From NCBI GenBank assembly GCA_964016885.1, contig OZ024741.1, positions 237,398,001-237,462,000 of the forward strand: a DNA stretch of 64,000 bases. Reading direction: 5' to 3'. This stretch comes from Eledone cirrhosa (lineage: Eukaryota). The notes under the pieces were generated by a model. The model was not told the origin of the DNA. It saw nothing but the letters and a program-made list of their open reading frames with translations, and did no database searches. This document shows positions 36,968 through 51,627 of the stretch, in pieces. The stretch's first letter is position 1, and every line of letters starts with the position of its first letter. The translations under genes were made by a program, and so were the position numbers.

Positions 36968-37515
36968 CCAATTAGCATAATTAACTATATAAAAAATCGA
37001 ATAGACCAGGCTATAAGAATGAGGCTTCTATGAAGAAATCTCCAACAAATAACCGAAACTAGCCCTTTTCGTCGGCCGCAACGGAATATTTATCGAATAT
37101 TTCGACAGCGTAATCGCCCAGATTGACCGCTACTACGTCACGATTCTTAGCCATTTTGAATGAATTCTTGGCGCGATCACTTTTGAAAATTTAGTGTCTA
37201 GATCAGAGCAAATCTCCTGATGAATCCGATGCTCGAGTTACATAATTATTACATAATTATTGGAAATCTCAAAATGCAGACGAAACCATGGTAGAGGTAT
37301 TTAAATGTATTCTATTTTCTCCTAGTTTATTTTACACCTAATTCTGTTTAATTGACTATATCTGGGCGATTACGCTGTCGAAATATTCGATAAATTTTCT
37401 GTTGCAGCCGACGCGAAGGGCTAGTTTTGGTTATTTGTTGGAGATTTCTTCATAGAAGCCTCATTCTTATAGCCTGGTCTATTCGATTTTTTATATAGTT
37501 AATTATGCTAATTGG
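36968..37515. mobile_element. Inverted-repeat element with a hammerhead in the spacer (family D)
   Basis: 156-bp inverted arms 36968-37123 and 37360-37515 with few mismatches. Confidence 0.85.
37212..37298 (+). ncRNA. Type I hammerhead ribozyme with long stem II (family D)
   Basis: ATCTC-CTGATGA-(58 nt, imperfect stem II)-GAAAC-CATG-GTA-GAGGT; palindromic stem III ACCATGGT; GUA cleavage after 37293. Confidence 0.7.
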
Positions 37516-37690
37516 TATTGTATTTTGTTAGAGATGCCTACTGGCTGTAGTAGGTTTTACTATGTATTTAGGTAAGGCGGGTCTTCTCTATTACTGAGTA
37601 CCGCAGGTCACGGTCCAGTGACATTGTCTTGAGAGGTGTAAGTGTGTGAGGTCGGAGTTTATCAGCTCGTCCCAGGTTTTTCTAGGTCTG
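37516..37690 (-). mobile_element. RTE subfamily-2 fragment
   Basis: [20 protein letters not shown]; matches the reverse complement of 6060-6232. Confidence 0.85.
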
Positions 37691-37697
37691 TATATAT

Positions 37698-37731
<34 letters not shown>

Positions 37732-38192
37732 ATGTATGTATATGTATGTATATATGTGTATATATATATGTATGTATATGTATGTATATATGTGTATATA
37801 TATATGTATGTATATGTATGTATATATGTGTATATATATATGTATGTATATGTATGTATATATGTATATATGTATATATGTATATGTATATATGTATATG
37901 TATATATATGTATATGTATATATATGTATATGTATGTATGTATATATGTATATGTATGTATGTGTATATGTATATGTATATATGTATATGTATATATGTA
38001 TATATATGTATATGTATATATATGTATGTATATATGTATATGTATGTATGTATATATGTATATGTATGTATGTATATATGTATATGTATGTATGTATATA
38101 TGTATATGTATGTATATATGTATATATATATGTATATGTATGTATGTATATATGTATATATATATGTATATGTATGTATGTATATATATATG

Positions 38193-38227
<35 letters not shown>

Positions 38228-38228
38228 G

Positions 38229-38259
<31 letters not shown>

Positions 38260-38260
38260 G

Positions 38261-38290
<30 letters not shown>
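37691..38290. repeat. (TA)n/TATG compound microsatellite
   Basis: Directly visible. Confidence 0.95.
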
Positions 38291-38291
<1 letters not shown>

Positions 38292-38782
38292 GAAATCGTG
38301 TGTCGAAACAAATATTGTTATACTTGGGGAGGGTCATATTGTGTAATATTGCCAGAATTAATAACAGACCACACTCACTGTTTGGTTGGTTTCGCTTCTC
38401 GCTTCTGTGTCTTTTAATAGTCGTAATCTAACTTACTCGGTCCTCAATGTTGCCATTGACTGACCGACAATAGCACCACTGACGATGTTGCAGATGTGCA
38501 ACGAAAGAACTTTGATAAACTATATATATGTGCCTTGTGTCTATATTGTATCTGTATTATTTTTGACCGTCGGTCAGTCAATGGCAACATTGAGGACCGA
38601 GTAAGTTAGATTACCAATATAAAAGACACAGAAGCGAGAAGCGAAAACCAACCAAACAGTGAGTGTGTTCTGTTATTAATTCTGGCAATATTACACAAAT
38701 ATGACCCTCCCCAAGTATAACAATATTTGTTTAGACACATGATTTCATATAAAAAACCTCGCAAAACTAATTCATCGCCGTT
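38287..38782. mobile_element. Inverted-repeat element with a hammerhead-like motif in the spacer (family E)
   Basis: About 182-bp inverted arms 38287-38468 and 38569-38751 plus a short one-sided extension; spacer 38473-38533 has GCACCA-CTGACGA-T-GTTGCA-gatg-TGCAAC-GAAA...TA-TGTGC with a weak stem III. Confidence 0.75.
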
Positions 38783-38787
38783 ATATG

Positions 38788-38839
<52 letters not shown>

Positions 38840-38890
38840 TATGTATGTATATATGTATATATGTATATGTATATATATATGTATATGTAT

Positions 38891-38946
<56 letters not shown>

Positions 38947-38978
38947 GTATATGTATATGTATATATATGTATATGTAT

Positions 38979-39010
<32 letters not shown>

Positions 39011-39182
39011 GTATGTATATATATATGTATATATATATATATATATGTATGTATATATATATGTATATATATATATATATATATGTATGTATATATATAT
39101 GTATATATATATAATATATGTATATGTATATATATATATATGTATATGTATATATATATGTATATATATATATATGTATATG

Positions 39183-39215
<33 letters not shown>

Positions 39216-39445
39216 GTATGTATATATATATATATATATATATACATACATATATATATATGTATAATGTATATATATATGTATATATACATATATATAT
39301 ATATGTATATATGTATATGTATATATATATATGTATATATGTATATGTGTATATGTATATGTGTATATGTGTATGTATATATATATATGTATATATGTAT
39401 ATGTATATATATATATGTATATATGTATATGTATATATATATATG

Positions 39446-39476
<31 letters not shown>

Positions 39477-39703
39477 GTGTATATATATATATATGTGTAT
39501 ATATATGTGTATATATATATATATGTGTATGTATATATATATGTGTATATATATATATATGTGTATATATATATATATGTGTATATATATATATATGTGT
39601 ATATATATATATGTGTATATATATATATGTATATATATATGTGTATATATATATATGTATATATATATATATGTGTATATATATATGTATGTATATATAT
39701 ATG

Positions 39704-39743
<40 letters not shown>

Positions 39744-39825
39744 TGTATGTATATATATATGTATGTATATATATATATGTATGTATATATATATGTATGT
39801 ATGTATATATGTATGTATGTATATA

Positions 39826-39858
<33 letters not shown>

Positions 39859-40269
39859 TATGTATGTATATATATATATGTATATATATATATGTATGTA
39901 TATATGTATGTATGTATATATGTATGTTGTATGTATGTATGTATGTATGTATGTATGTATGGTATATATTATGTATGTATGTATGTATGTTTATGTGTAT
40001 GTATGTATATATATATGTATGGTATATATATATGTATGTATGTATATATATATGTATGTATATATATATGTATGTATATATATATGTATGTATATATATA
40101 TGTATGTATATATATATGAATGTATATATATATGTATGTATATTATATATGTATGTATATATATATGTATGTATATATATATGTATGTATATATATATGT
40201 ATGTATATATATATGTATGTATGTATATATATGTATGTATATATGTATGTATGTATGTATATATGTATG
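38783..40269. repeat. (TA)n/TATG compound microsatellite
   Basis: Directly visible; runs into the assembly gap. Confidence 0.95.
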
Positions 40270-40469
40270 NNNNNNNNNNNNNNNNNNNNNNNNNNNNNNN
40301 NNNNNNNNNNNNNNNNNNNNNNNNNNNNNNNNNNNNNNNNNNNNNNNNNNNNNNNNNNNNNNNNNNNNNNNNNNNNNNNNNNNNNNNNNNNNNNNNNNNN
40401 NNNNNNNNNNNNNNNNNNNNNNNNNNNNNNNNNNNNNNNNNNNNNNNNNNNNNNNNNNNNNNNNNNNNN
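40270..40469. other. Assembly gap (200 N)
   Basis: Run of n. Confidence 1.
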
Positions 40470-40657
40470 TGACTCCCTCAACTACAACATGTTGGGTTCT
40501 GTTTGACAGGAAGCTCTTGATCCACTGCAGCAGCTTTCCAGTGACACCAATATTGGACAGCTTTCTCAGTAGAATGTTATGATCAACCCTGTCAAAGGCC
40601 TTGCTGAAATCAAGGTAGATAACATCAGTGTTGGAACCCTCTCCCAAGGCTCTCAAA
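40470..40657 (-). mobile_element. CR1-like LINE RT fragment
   Basis: [23 protein letters not shown]...[15 protein letters not shown]. Confidence 0.9.
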
Positions 40658-40731
40658 ATGTATATATATATATATGTATATATATGTATATATATATATG
40701 TATGTATTATATATATATATGTATATATATG

Positions 40732-40765
<34 letters not shown>

Positions 40766-40781
40766 TGTATATATATGTATG

Positions 40782-40828
<47 letters not shown>

Positions 40829-40849
40829 GTGTATGTATGTGTATATATG

Positions 40850-40880
<31 letters not shown>

Positions 40881-40901
40881 GTATATATATGTATATATAT
40901 G

Positions 40902-40939
<38 letters not shown>

Positions 40940-40951
40940 TGTATATATATG

Positions 40952-40987
<36 letters not shown>

Positions 40988-41009
40988 TGTATATATATGT
41001 ATATATATG

Positions 41010-41044
<35 letters not shown>

Positions 41045-41083
41045 GTATGTATATATATGTATATATATGTATATATATGTATG

Positions 41084-41118
<35 letters not shown>

Positions 41119-41134
41119 GTATATATATATGTAT

Positions 41135-41166
<32 letters not shown>

Positions 41167-41170
41167 GTAT

Positions 41171-41224
<54 letters not shown>

Positions 41225-41255
41225 GTATATATATATATATGTATATATATATATG

Positions 41256-41302
<47 letters not shown>

Positions 41303-41365
41303 GTATATATATATATGTATATATATATATATGTATATATATATGTATATGTATATATATATATG

Positions 41366-41396
<31 letters not shown>

Positions 41397-41411
41397 GTAT
41401 ATATATATATG

Positions 41412-41459
<48 letters not shown>

Positions 41460-41512
41460 CATATATATATATACATATACATATATATATACATATATAT
41501 ATATATACATAT
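40658..41512. repeat. (TA)n/TATG microsatellite
   Basis: Directly visible. Confidence 0.95.
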
Positions 41513-41839
41513 TTGGTAAATAGCATCTTGGTTAAGAGAGTGGGACTGGCTTTGTGCAGTGCCTTTGCTCACTATAAAAGCTTCACGGCACAGGCATTGC
41601 TTTATATCTGGAGATCTCTCTGCACTTGTCCTCACATGGGCCCAGCACTATGTGTCAATAGTTGTCCTACCATGGGCCTAGCACTATGTGTCAATAATTG
41701 TCACAGGTGTAGTGTTTGTACCAGAGGTTTCAAGTCGCTGGCTGGACTAAAAAGTCACACTCGTTCAGCGCTTCGGTAGGGGTTATCCTACATGGATGTA
41801 AAGTAGTGGCCGTACTCGAAAACGAGTTGGCAGCCACCA
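41513..41839 (+). mobile_element. 3' end of an RTE/BovB-like element with terminal C2H2 motif
   Basis: [22 protein letters not shown]; homologous to 49124-49421. Confidence 0.7.
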
Positions 41840-42029
41840 TATGTATATATATATATATGTATATATATATATGTATATATATATATATGTATATATATAT
41901 GTATATATATATATGTATATATATATGTATATATATGTATATATATATATGTATATATATATGTATATATATATATATGTATATATATATGTATATATAT
42001 ATATATGTATATATATATGTATATATATG

Positions 42030-42060
<31 letters not shown>

Positions 42061-42255
42061 GTATATGTATATATATATATGTATATGTATATATATATAT
42101 GTATATGTATATATATATGTATATATATATATGTATATGTATATATATATATGTATATGTATATATATATATGTATATGTATATATATATGTATATATAT
42201 ATATGTATATGTATATATATATGTATATATATATATGTATATGTATATATATATG

Positions 42256-42307
<52 letters not shown>

Positions 42308-42346
42308 TATATACATATATATACATATATATATACATATATATAC

Positions 42347-42429
<83 letters not shown>

Positions 42430-42434
42430 TATAC

Positions 42435-42479
<45 letters not shown>

Positions 42480-42531
42480 TATACATATATATATACATAT
42501 ATATATATACATATATATATGTATATATATG

Positions 42532-42562
<31 letters not shown>

Positions 42563-42603
42563 GTATATATATATATATGTATATATATGTATATGTATAT
42601 ATA
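41840..42603. repeat. (TA)n microsatellite with TATG and TACA blocks
   Basis: Directly visible. Confidence 0.95.
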
Positions 42604-43144
42604 TGATCAAGCCGCCTCCCCCCTTCAAAGATGAAGCAGAGGCGGTGTTTCTGTGCGTAATAGCCATGGCGAAAGAGGTTGTATGGTGGACGCGTCTGAA
42701 AGGACTGAGGTCAGGCACCTTTCTCTCTGGCCAACAACTGGTCCGTTTCTTCCGATATCATTTCGGAAGAAGGATCAGGATGGAGAGAGAGGTGCTGCAC
42801 CCCAGCCGTTTCTATGAAAGATGGGTGAAAGTGGCGAGAATGGCCCGTGTGAATGGGCCTTCACTCTACATCAGACTATAGGTGAGGAAGATGAAAGACC
42901 AAGGGAGCACCCCTTCTCTGTGCTCCTGAGGAGAAGGGTTGCACACTTTTTTCGGGGGTGTGTGCGACCCCCCAAGGCGCCTCCTCTCTATTGAGGATTT
43001 TGTTAAAAATTTTATTTTTTGTGATATCTTATTTTATTTTTATATTTTGTTATTGCCTCCTCCTTATTGAGGACGCCTTTTTGTGTAAACTCCCCCCTTT
43101 GTACATGTCCCACTTTTGATGCCCTAGTGGCAAATAAAAGAAAT
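42604..43144 (+). mobile_element. 5'-truncated L1/Tx1-like LINE 3' end
   Basis: [18 protein letters not shown]...FYERW resembles Tx1 ORF2 C-termini; 3' UTR ends with AATAAA just before (TA)n. Confidence 0.6.
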
Positions 43145-43263
43145 CTATATGTATATGTATATATATGTATATATATATATATGTATATATATGTATATAT
43201 ATGTATATGTATATATATGTATATGTATATATATGTATATATATATATATGTATATATATATG

Positions 43264-43300
<37 letters not shown>

Positions 43301-43429
43301 GTATATATATGTATATATATGTATATATATGTATATATATATATATGTATATATATGTAAATATATATATATGTATATATATGTATATATATATATATGT
43401 ATATATATGTATATATATATATATATATA

Positions 43430-44180
43430 TGGGAGTAACCGTGGACAGCAACATAAGCTGGACCACGCATATAAGCAGCAAAGTTGACATGGCCCGCAGA
43501 ATGTGTTCCTGGATCCTCAGAACCTTCCAGTCGAGAGATTCCCGCACCATTATCCTTCTCTTCTCTACTTTCGCCCGACCACACCTTGAATACTGTTGTC
43601 CACTGTGGTCTCCCCACACGAAACAAAGTATCATGAAACTTGAAGCTCCTCAAAGGGCAATCACGAAAAAGATAGATGGCATGTCAGACCTTGACTACTG
43701 GGGTCGATTGGAAAACCTGAAACTTTACTCACTCCAACGTCGCCGTGAGCGTTATATTATCTGCATGATGTGGAAAATGTTCCATCATCACTGCCCAAAT
43801 GATGTTGGCATCGCCTTCAAGATACACCCAAGGCTTGGGCCCCGTGCTATCCGTCCCATTCAAAAATCTAAATCGCAACTCATAACAACAATACGGCACA
43901 ATTATTTCACCTCAATCGGCCCTGCTCTCTTCAACATCACACCAGGACACGTCAAAACAGAAACTGACCACACAAAATTCAAGAAGTCTTTGGACAAATT
44001 CCTCCAAGTAATCCCGGACAAACCACCCACACCCGGATATGTCTCCGCAAACAGTAATTCTCTTCTCGAATGGGCCATGGTACCCAAATCCTGAATGAAA
44101 GACTTCGCCAGGTGGTGCTATTAAGTTAGACATGGCCTGGGCCAATACTGGCCAAAACATTTCAAAGTTATTCAAAGTTA
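43430..44180 (+). mobile_element. 5'-truncated CR1-like LINE 3' end
   Basis: [14 protein letters not shown]...[13 protein letters not shown]...[11 protein letters not shown], open to stop at 44094; tail (TTCAAAGTTA)2. Confidence 0.9.
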
Positions 44181-44250
44181 TATATATATATATGTATATA
44201 TATGTATATATATATATATGTATATATATGTATATATATATATATGTATA

Positions 44251-44323
<73 letters not shown>

Positions 44324-44422
44324 GTATATATATGTATATATATATATATGTATATATATGTATATATATATATATGTATATATATGTATATATATATATA
44401 TGTATATATATGTATATATATG

Positions 44423-44453
<31 letters not shown>

Positions 44454-44656
44454 GTATATATATGTATATATATATGTATATATATGTATATATATATATA
44501 TGTATATATATGTATATATATATATATGTATATATATGTATATATATATATATGTATATATATGTATATATATATATATGTATATATATGTATATATATA
44601 TATATGTATATATATGTATATATATATATATGTATATATGTATATATATATGTATA

Positions 44657-44701
<45 letters not shown>

Positions 44702-44783
44702 GTATATATATATGTATATATGTATATGTATATATATATGTATATATATATGTATATATATATATATGTGTATATATATATGT

Positions 44784-44814
<31 letters not shown>

Positions 44815-44815
44815 G

Positions 44816-44886
<71 letters not shown>

Positions 44887-45141
44887 GTATATATATGTAT
44901 ATATATATATATGTATATATATATGTATATATATATGTATATATATATGTATATATGTATATATATATGTATATGTATATATATATGTATATATATATGT
45001 ATATATATATATGTATATATATATATGTATATATATATGTATATATATATGTATATGTATATATATATATGTATATATATATATGTATATATATATGTAT
45101 GTATATATATATGTATATATATATATATGTATATATATATG

Positions 45142-45172
<31 letters not shown>

Positions 45173-45353
45173 GTATATATATATGTATATATGTATATAT
45201 ATATGTATATATATGTATATATATATATATATATGTATATGTATATATATATGTATATGTATATATATATGTATATATGTATATGTATATATATATGTAT
45301 ATATATATGTATATATATATATATGTATATATATGTATATATGTATATATATG

Positions 45354-45424
<71 letters not shown>

Positions 45425-45475
45425 GTATATATATGTATATATATATATATGTATATATATATGTATATATATATG

Positions 45476-45542
<67 letters not shown>

Positions 45543-45553
45543 GTATATATATG

Positions 45554-45588
<35 letters not shown>

Positions 45589-45855
45589 GTATATATATAT
45601 GTATATATATATATATGTATATATATATGTATATATATATATATGTATATATATATGTATATATATATGTATATATATATATATGTATATATATATATGT
45701 ATATATATATGTATATATATATGTATATATGTATATATATATGTATATATATATGTGTGTATATATGTATATATATATGTATATATATATGTATATATAT
45801 ATGTATATATGTATATATATATGTATATATGTATATATATATGTATATATATATG

Positions 45856-45910
<55 letters not shown>

Positions 45911-46046
45911 GTATGTATATATGTATATATGTATATATATATATGTATATATGTATGTATATATGTATATATATGTATATATATGTATATATGATATATA
46001 TATATATATATGTATATATGTATATATATATATATATGTATGTATG

Positions 46047-46077
<31 letters not shown>

Positions 46078-46166
46078 ATATATATATATATGTATGTATG
46101 TATATATATATGTATATATATATGTATGTATATATATATGTATATATATATATATATGTATGTATG

Positions 46167-46197
<31 letters not shown>

Positions 46198-46758
46198 ATA
46201 TATATGTATATATATATGTATGTATATATATATGTATATATATATATATGTATGTATGTATATATATATGTATATATATATGTATGTATATATATATGTA
46301 TATATATATATATATGTATGTATGTATATATATATATATATGTATGTATGTATATATATATGTATATATATGTATGTATGTATGTATGTATATATATATA
46401 TATATGTATGTATGTATATATATATGTATATATATATGTATGTATATATATATGTATATATATATGTATGTATATATATATGTATATATATGTATGTATG
46501 TATATGTATGTATATATATATGTATATATATATATGTATATATATATGTATATATATATATGTATATGTATGTATATATATATGTATATATATGTATGTA
46601 TGTATATGTATGTATATATATATGTATATATATGTATGTATGTATATGTATGTATATATATATGTATATATATATATGTATATATATATGTATATATATA
46701 TATGTATGTATATGTATGTATATATATATGTATATATATATATATGTATATATGTATG

Positions 46759-46789
<31 letters not shown>

Positions 46790-46918
46790 ATGTATATATA
46801 TATATGTATATATATATGTATATATATATATATATATGTATGTATATGTATGTATATATATATGTATATATATATATATGTATATATGTATGTATATATA
46901 TATATGTATATATGTATG

Positions 46919-46977
<59 letters not shown>

Positions 46978-46983
46978 GTATAT

Positions 46984-47017
<34 letters not shown>

Positions 47018-47365
47018 GTATATATGTATGTATATATATGTATATATGTATGTATATATATGTATATATGTATGTATATATGTATATATATGTATACATA
47101 TGTATACATATGTATATATATGCATATGTATATATGTATATATATATATATGTATATATATATGTATATATATATATATATATGTGTGTATATGTATATG
47201 TATATATATGTATGTATATATATGTATATATATATATGTATATATATATATATGTATATATATATGTATATATATGTATGTATGTATATATATATATATA
47301 TATGTATATGTATATATATGTATATATATATATATATGTATATGTATATATATGTATATGTATAT

Positions 47366-47398
<33 letters not shown>

Positions 47399-47433
47399 TA
47401 TATATGTATATATGTATATGTATATATATATGT

Positions 47434-47465
<32 letters not shown>

Positions 47466-47837
47466 GTATATGTATATGTATATATATATGTATATGTATA
47501 TATATGTATATATATATGTATATGTATATATATATGTATATGTATATATATGTATATGTATATATATGTATATGTATATATATATGTATATGTATATGTA
47601 TGTATGTATGTATGTATATGTATATATATGTATATATATATAATATATATGTATATATATATATATATAATGTATATGTATGTATGTATATATGTATATA
47701 TATGTATATATATATAATATATATGTATATATATATATATGTATATGTATATATATATAATATATATGTATATATATATATATGTATATGTATATATATG
47801 TATGTATGTATATATGTATATATATATAATATATATG

Positions 47838-47888
<51 letters not shown>

Positions 47889-48310
47889 GTATGTATGTAT
47901 ATATGTATATATATGTATATATATATAATATATATGTATATATAATATATATGTATAAATATATAATATATATGTATATATGTATATGAATATATATGTA
48001 TGTATGTATATATGTATATATATGTATATATATATAATATATATGTATATATATATGTATATATATATATGTATATATATGTATATGTATATATATGTAT
48101 ATATATATATATGTATATATATGTATATATATATAATATATATGTATATATATATAATATATATATATATGTATATATATGTATATATATATAATATATA
48201 TGTATATATATATAATATATATATATATATGTATATGTATATATATGTATGTATGTATATATGTATATATATGTATATATATATAATATATATGTATATA
48301 TATATATATG
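44181..48310. repeat. 4.1-kb (TA)n/TATG compound microsatellite
   Basis: Directly visible; source of the 1100-1470 aa spurious ORFs. Confidence 0.97.
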
Positions 48311-48311
48311 T

Positions 48312-48647
48312 GGAGGCACATGGCTTAGTGGTTAGAGCATTGGCTTTGCAATCGAAAGGTTGTGAGTTCAATTCTCAGACCGGGTGATGTGTTGTTTCCT
48401 TGAGCAAGACACTTTATTTCACGTTGCTTCAGTTTACTCAGCTGTAGAAATGAGATTATAGGGACTGGGATCCCTATCATTCGTGGAGGTGCCACGGCAA
48501 AAAAGCACCCAGCACTCACTGTAAATGAGGTTGGTGTTAGGAAGGGCATCCAGCTGTAGAAATCAAGCCAGAATCAGTTCCCGTCCCACCCTTGCAAGCA
48601 GGGAAAAGTGGACGTAAAATGAAATGATGATGATGATGATGAAATGA
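48312..48647 (+). mobile_element. Family-1 SINE
   Basis: tRNA head, CORE-like body, RTE tail and (GAT)n. Confidence 0.85.
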
Positions 48648-48859
48648 TATATGTATATATATATATGTCATATATATATATATATATATGTTTATGTATA
48701 TATATGTATGTATGTATATATGTATATATATGTTTATGTATATATATGTATGTATGTATATATGTATATATATGTATATATATATAATATGTATGTATAT
48801 ATATATGTATATATATGTATATATATATAATATGTATGTATATATATATGTATATATAT

Positions 48860-49421
48860 CCCATGGTAACATGTATCCCAGTACAACCTGTCCCATGGTC
48901 GGGTCGCTGGCGACTAAACTGGCAACCCCACCAAGGTTTCTTGGTGAGGAGGGTGACTTTGGAAATCCTGCAGGACTAAAGACAAAACCTGTCAAACGGC
49001 AATCAAAATCACTGGGAGAGATGACCCCTTAGCCTTTGTCAAGGCAGAATCCTAGGAGAAGGAAAACTCTGATATAACACCTGCAACCCTGATGGTATCC
49101 AATGATGTTGACTTGTTCTTCTTTTTGGTAAATATCATCTGGGTTAAGAGAGTGGGACTGGTTTTGTGCAGTGCCTTTGATCACTATAAAAGCTTCACGG
49201 CACAGGCATTGCTTTATATCTGGAGATCTCTCTGCACTTGTCGTCACATGGTACCATGGGCCCAGCACTATGTGTCAATAATTGTCACAAGTGTAGTGTT
49301 TGTACCAGAGTTTTCAAGTCGCTGGCTGGACTAAAAGTCACACGCGTTCACCGCATCGGTGGGGGTTCTCCTACATGGATATAAAGTAGTGGCCGTACTC
49401 GAAAACGAGTTGGCAGCCACC
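48860..49421 (+). mobile_element. Non-autonomous, probably bipartite, RTE-derived element
   Basis: 3' half matches 41513-41839; 5' half has GGCAGAATCCTAGGAGAAGGAAAACTCTG, resembling RTE 5' UTRs (from recall). Confidence 0.6.
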
Positions 49422-49442
49422 ATATATATATATGTATGTAAT

Positions 49443-49473
<31 letters not shown>

Positions 49474-49847
49474 GTATGTATATATATATATGTATGTATA
49501 TATATATATATATGTATGTATGTATATATATATATATATGTATGTATGTATATATATATATATATATATGTATGTATATATGTATATATGTATATATGTA
49601 TGTATATATATATATATATATATTGGTGAAGGCATGTGGCTGAGTGGTTAGAGAATTGGATTCACAATCTTGAGGTTGTGAGTTCGATTCCTGGACCAGG
49701 TGATGCGTTATGTCCTTGACAAAGATACTTTATTTCACGTTGCTCCTTCTACCTGGAGTTGCGACCGATAGATAGTATTAGCAACAGAAAGACCAACGGA
49801 AACATTGTTTCCGCGGTCCGATTTGACGAAAGTCGATCATTCCTAAA

Positions 49848-49893
<46 letters not shown>

Positions 49894-49920
49894 GTATGTA
49901 TATATGTATATCTGTGTGTA

Positions 49921-49955
<35 letters not shown>

Positions 49956-50303
49956 GGAGGCACATGGCTTAGTGGTTAGAGCATTGGCCTTGCAATCGAA
50001 AGGTTGTGAGTTCAATTCTCAGACCGGGTGATGTGTTGTTTCCTTGAGCAAGACACTTTATTTTACATTGCTCCAGTTTACTCAGCTGTAGAAATGAGAT
50101 GATAGGGACTGGGGTCCCTATCATTCCACTGCAAAGTGGTCGTGGAGGTGCCACGGCAAAAAAGCACCCAGCACTCACTGTAAATGAGGTTGGTGTTAGG
50201 AAGGGCATCCAACTGTAGAAATCAAGCCAGAATCAGTTCCCGTCCCACCCTTGCAAGCAGGGAAAAAGTGGACATAAAATGGAATGATGATGATGATGAT
50301 GAT
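49956..50303 (+). mobile_element. Family-1 SINE (full length); a related truncated head lies at 49625-49745
   Basis: As other family-1 copies. Confidence 0.88.
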
Positions 50304-50305
50304 AT

Positions 50306-50384
<79 letters not shown>

Positions 50385-50524
50385 TATATACATATACATA
50401 TACATATACACATATACATATATATGCATACATATATATACATATATATATATATACATACATATCGATATATATATATATATATACATATATACATACA
50501 ATATATACATACATTTATATATAT

Positions 50525-50571
<47 letters not shown>

Positions 50572-50899
50572 TATATACATACATATATGTATGTATGTAT
50601 GTATGTATATATATATGTGAATATATATGTATGTATGTATATATGTATGTGTATATATGTATGTATATATATGCATGTATATATATATGTTTATATATAT
50701 GCATGTATATATATGTATTTATATATATTTATATATATGTATGTTTATATATATATATGTATATATATATGTTTATATATATGTATGTTTATATATATGT
50801 ATGTATATATATATGTATGTATATATATATGTGTATATATATATGTGTATATATATGTATGTATATATATATGTGTATATATATGTGTGTATATGTATG

Positions 50900-50940
<41 letters not shown>

Positions 50941-51368
50941 GTATGTATATATATGTATGTATGTATATATGTGTATATATATGTATGTATGTATATATGT
51001 ATATATATATGTATGTATATATATATGTGTATGTATGTATATATATATATGAGTATATATATGTATGTATATATATGAGTATATATATGTTTGTATATAT
51101 ATATGTGTGTATATATATATGTATGTATATATGTGTGTATATATATATATGTGTATATATATGTTTGTATATATGTATTTATATATATATGTGTGTATAT
51201 ATGTATTTATATATATATGTGTATATATATGTATGTATATGTATGTATAAATATATATGTATATATATATATGTATATATATATGTATATATATATATGC
51301 ATGTATATATATATATGCATGTATATATATATATGTATATATATATATGTATATATATATATGTATGT

Positions 51369-51409
<41 letters not shown>

Positions 51410-51627
51410 TGTATATACATATGTATATATATATGTATGTATGTATATATGTATGTATATATATATGTATGTATATATATATGTATATGTATATGTATGT
51501 ATATATATATGTATGTATATATATATGTATGTATATATATATGTATGTATATATATATGTATGTATATATATATGTATGTATATATATGTGTATGTATGA
51601 ATATGTATATATATGTATGTGTATATA
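50304..51627. repeat. (TA)n/TACA/TATG compound microsatellite
   Basis: Directly visible. Confidence 0.95.

Noticed and set aside
49956-50030. tRNA-like sequence with A and B boxes
   Set aside because: SINE head in several copies, continuing into CORE-like and LINE-derived parts; no proper acceptor stem.
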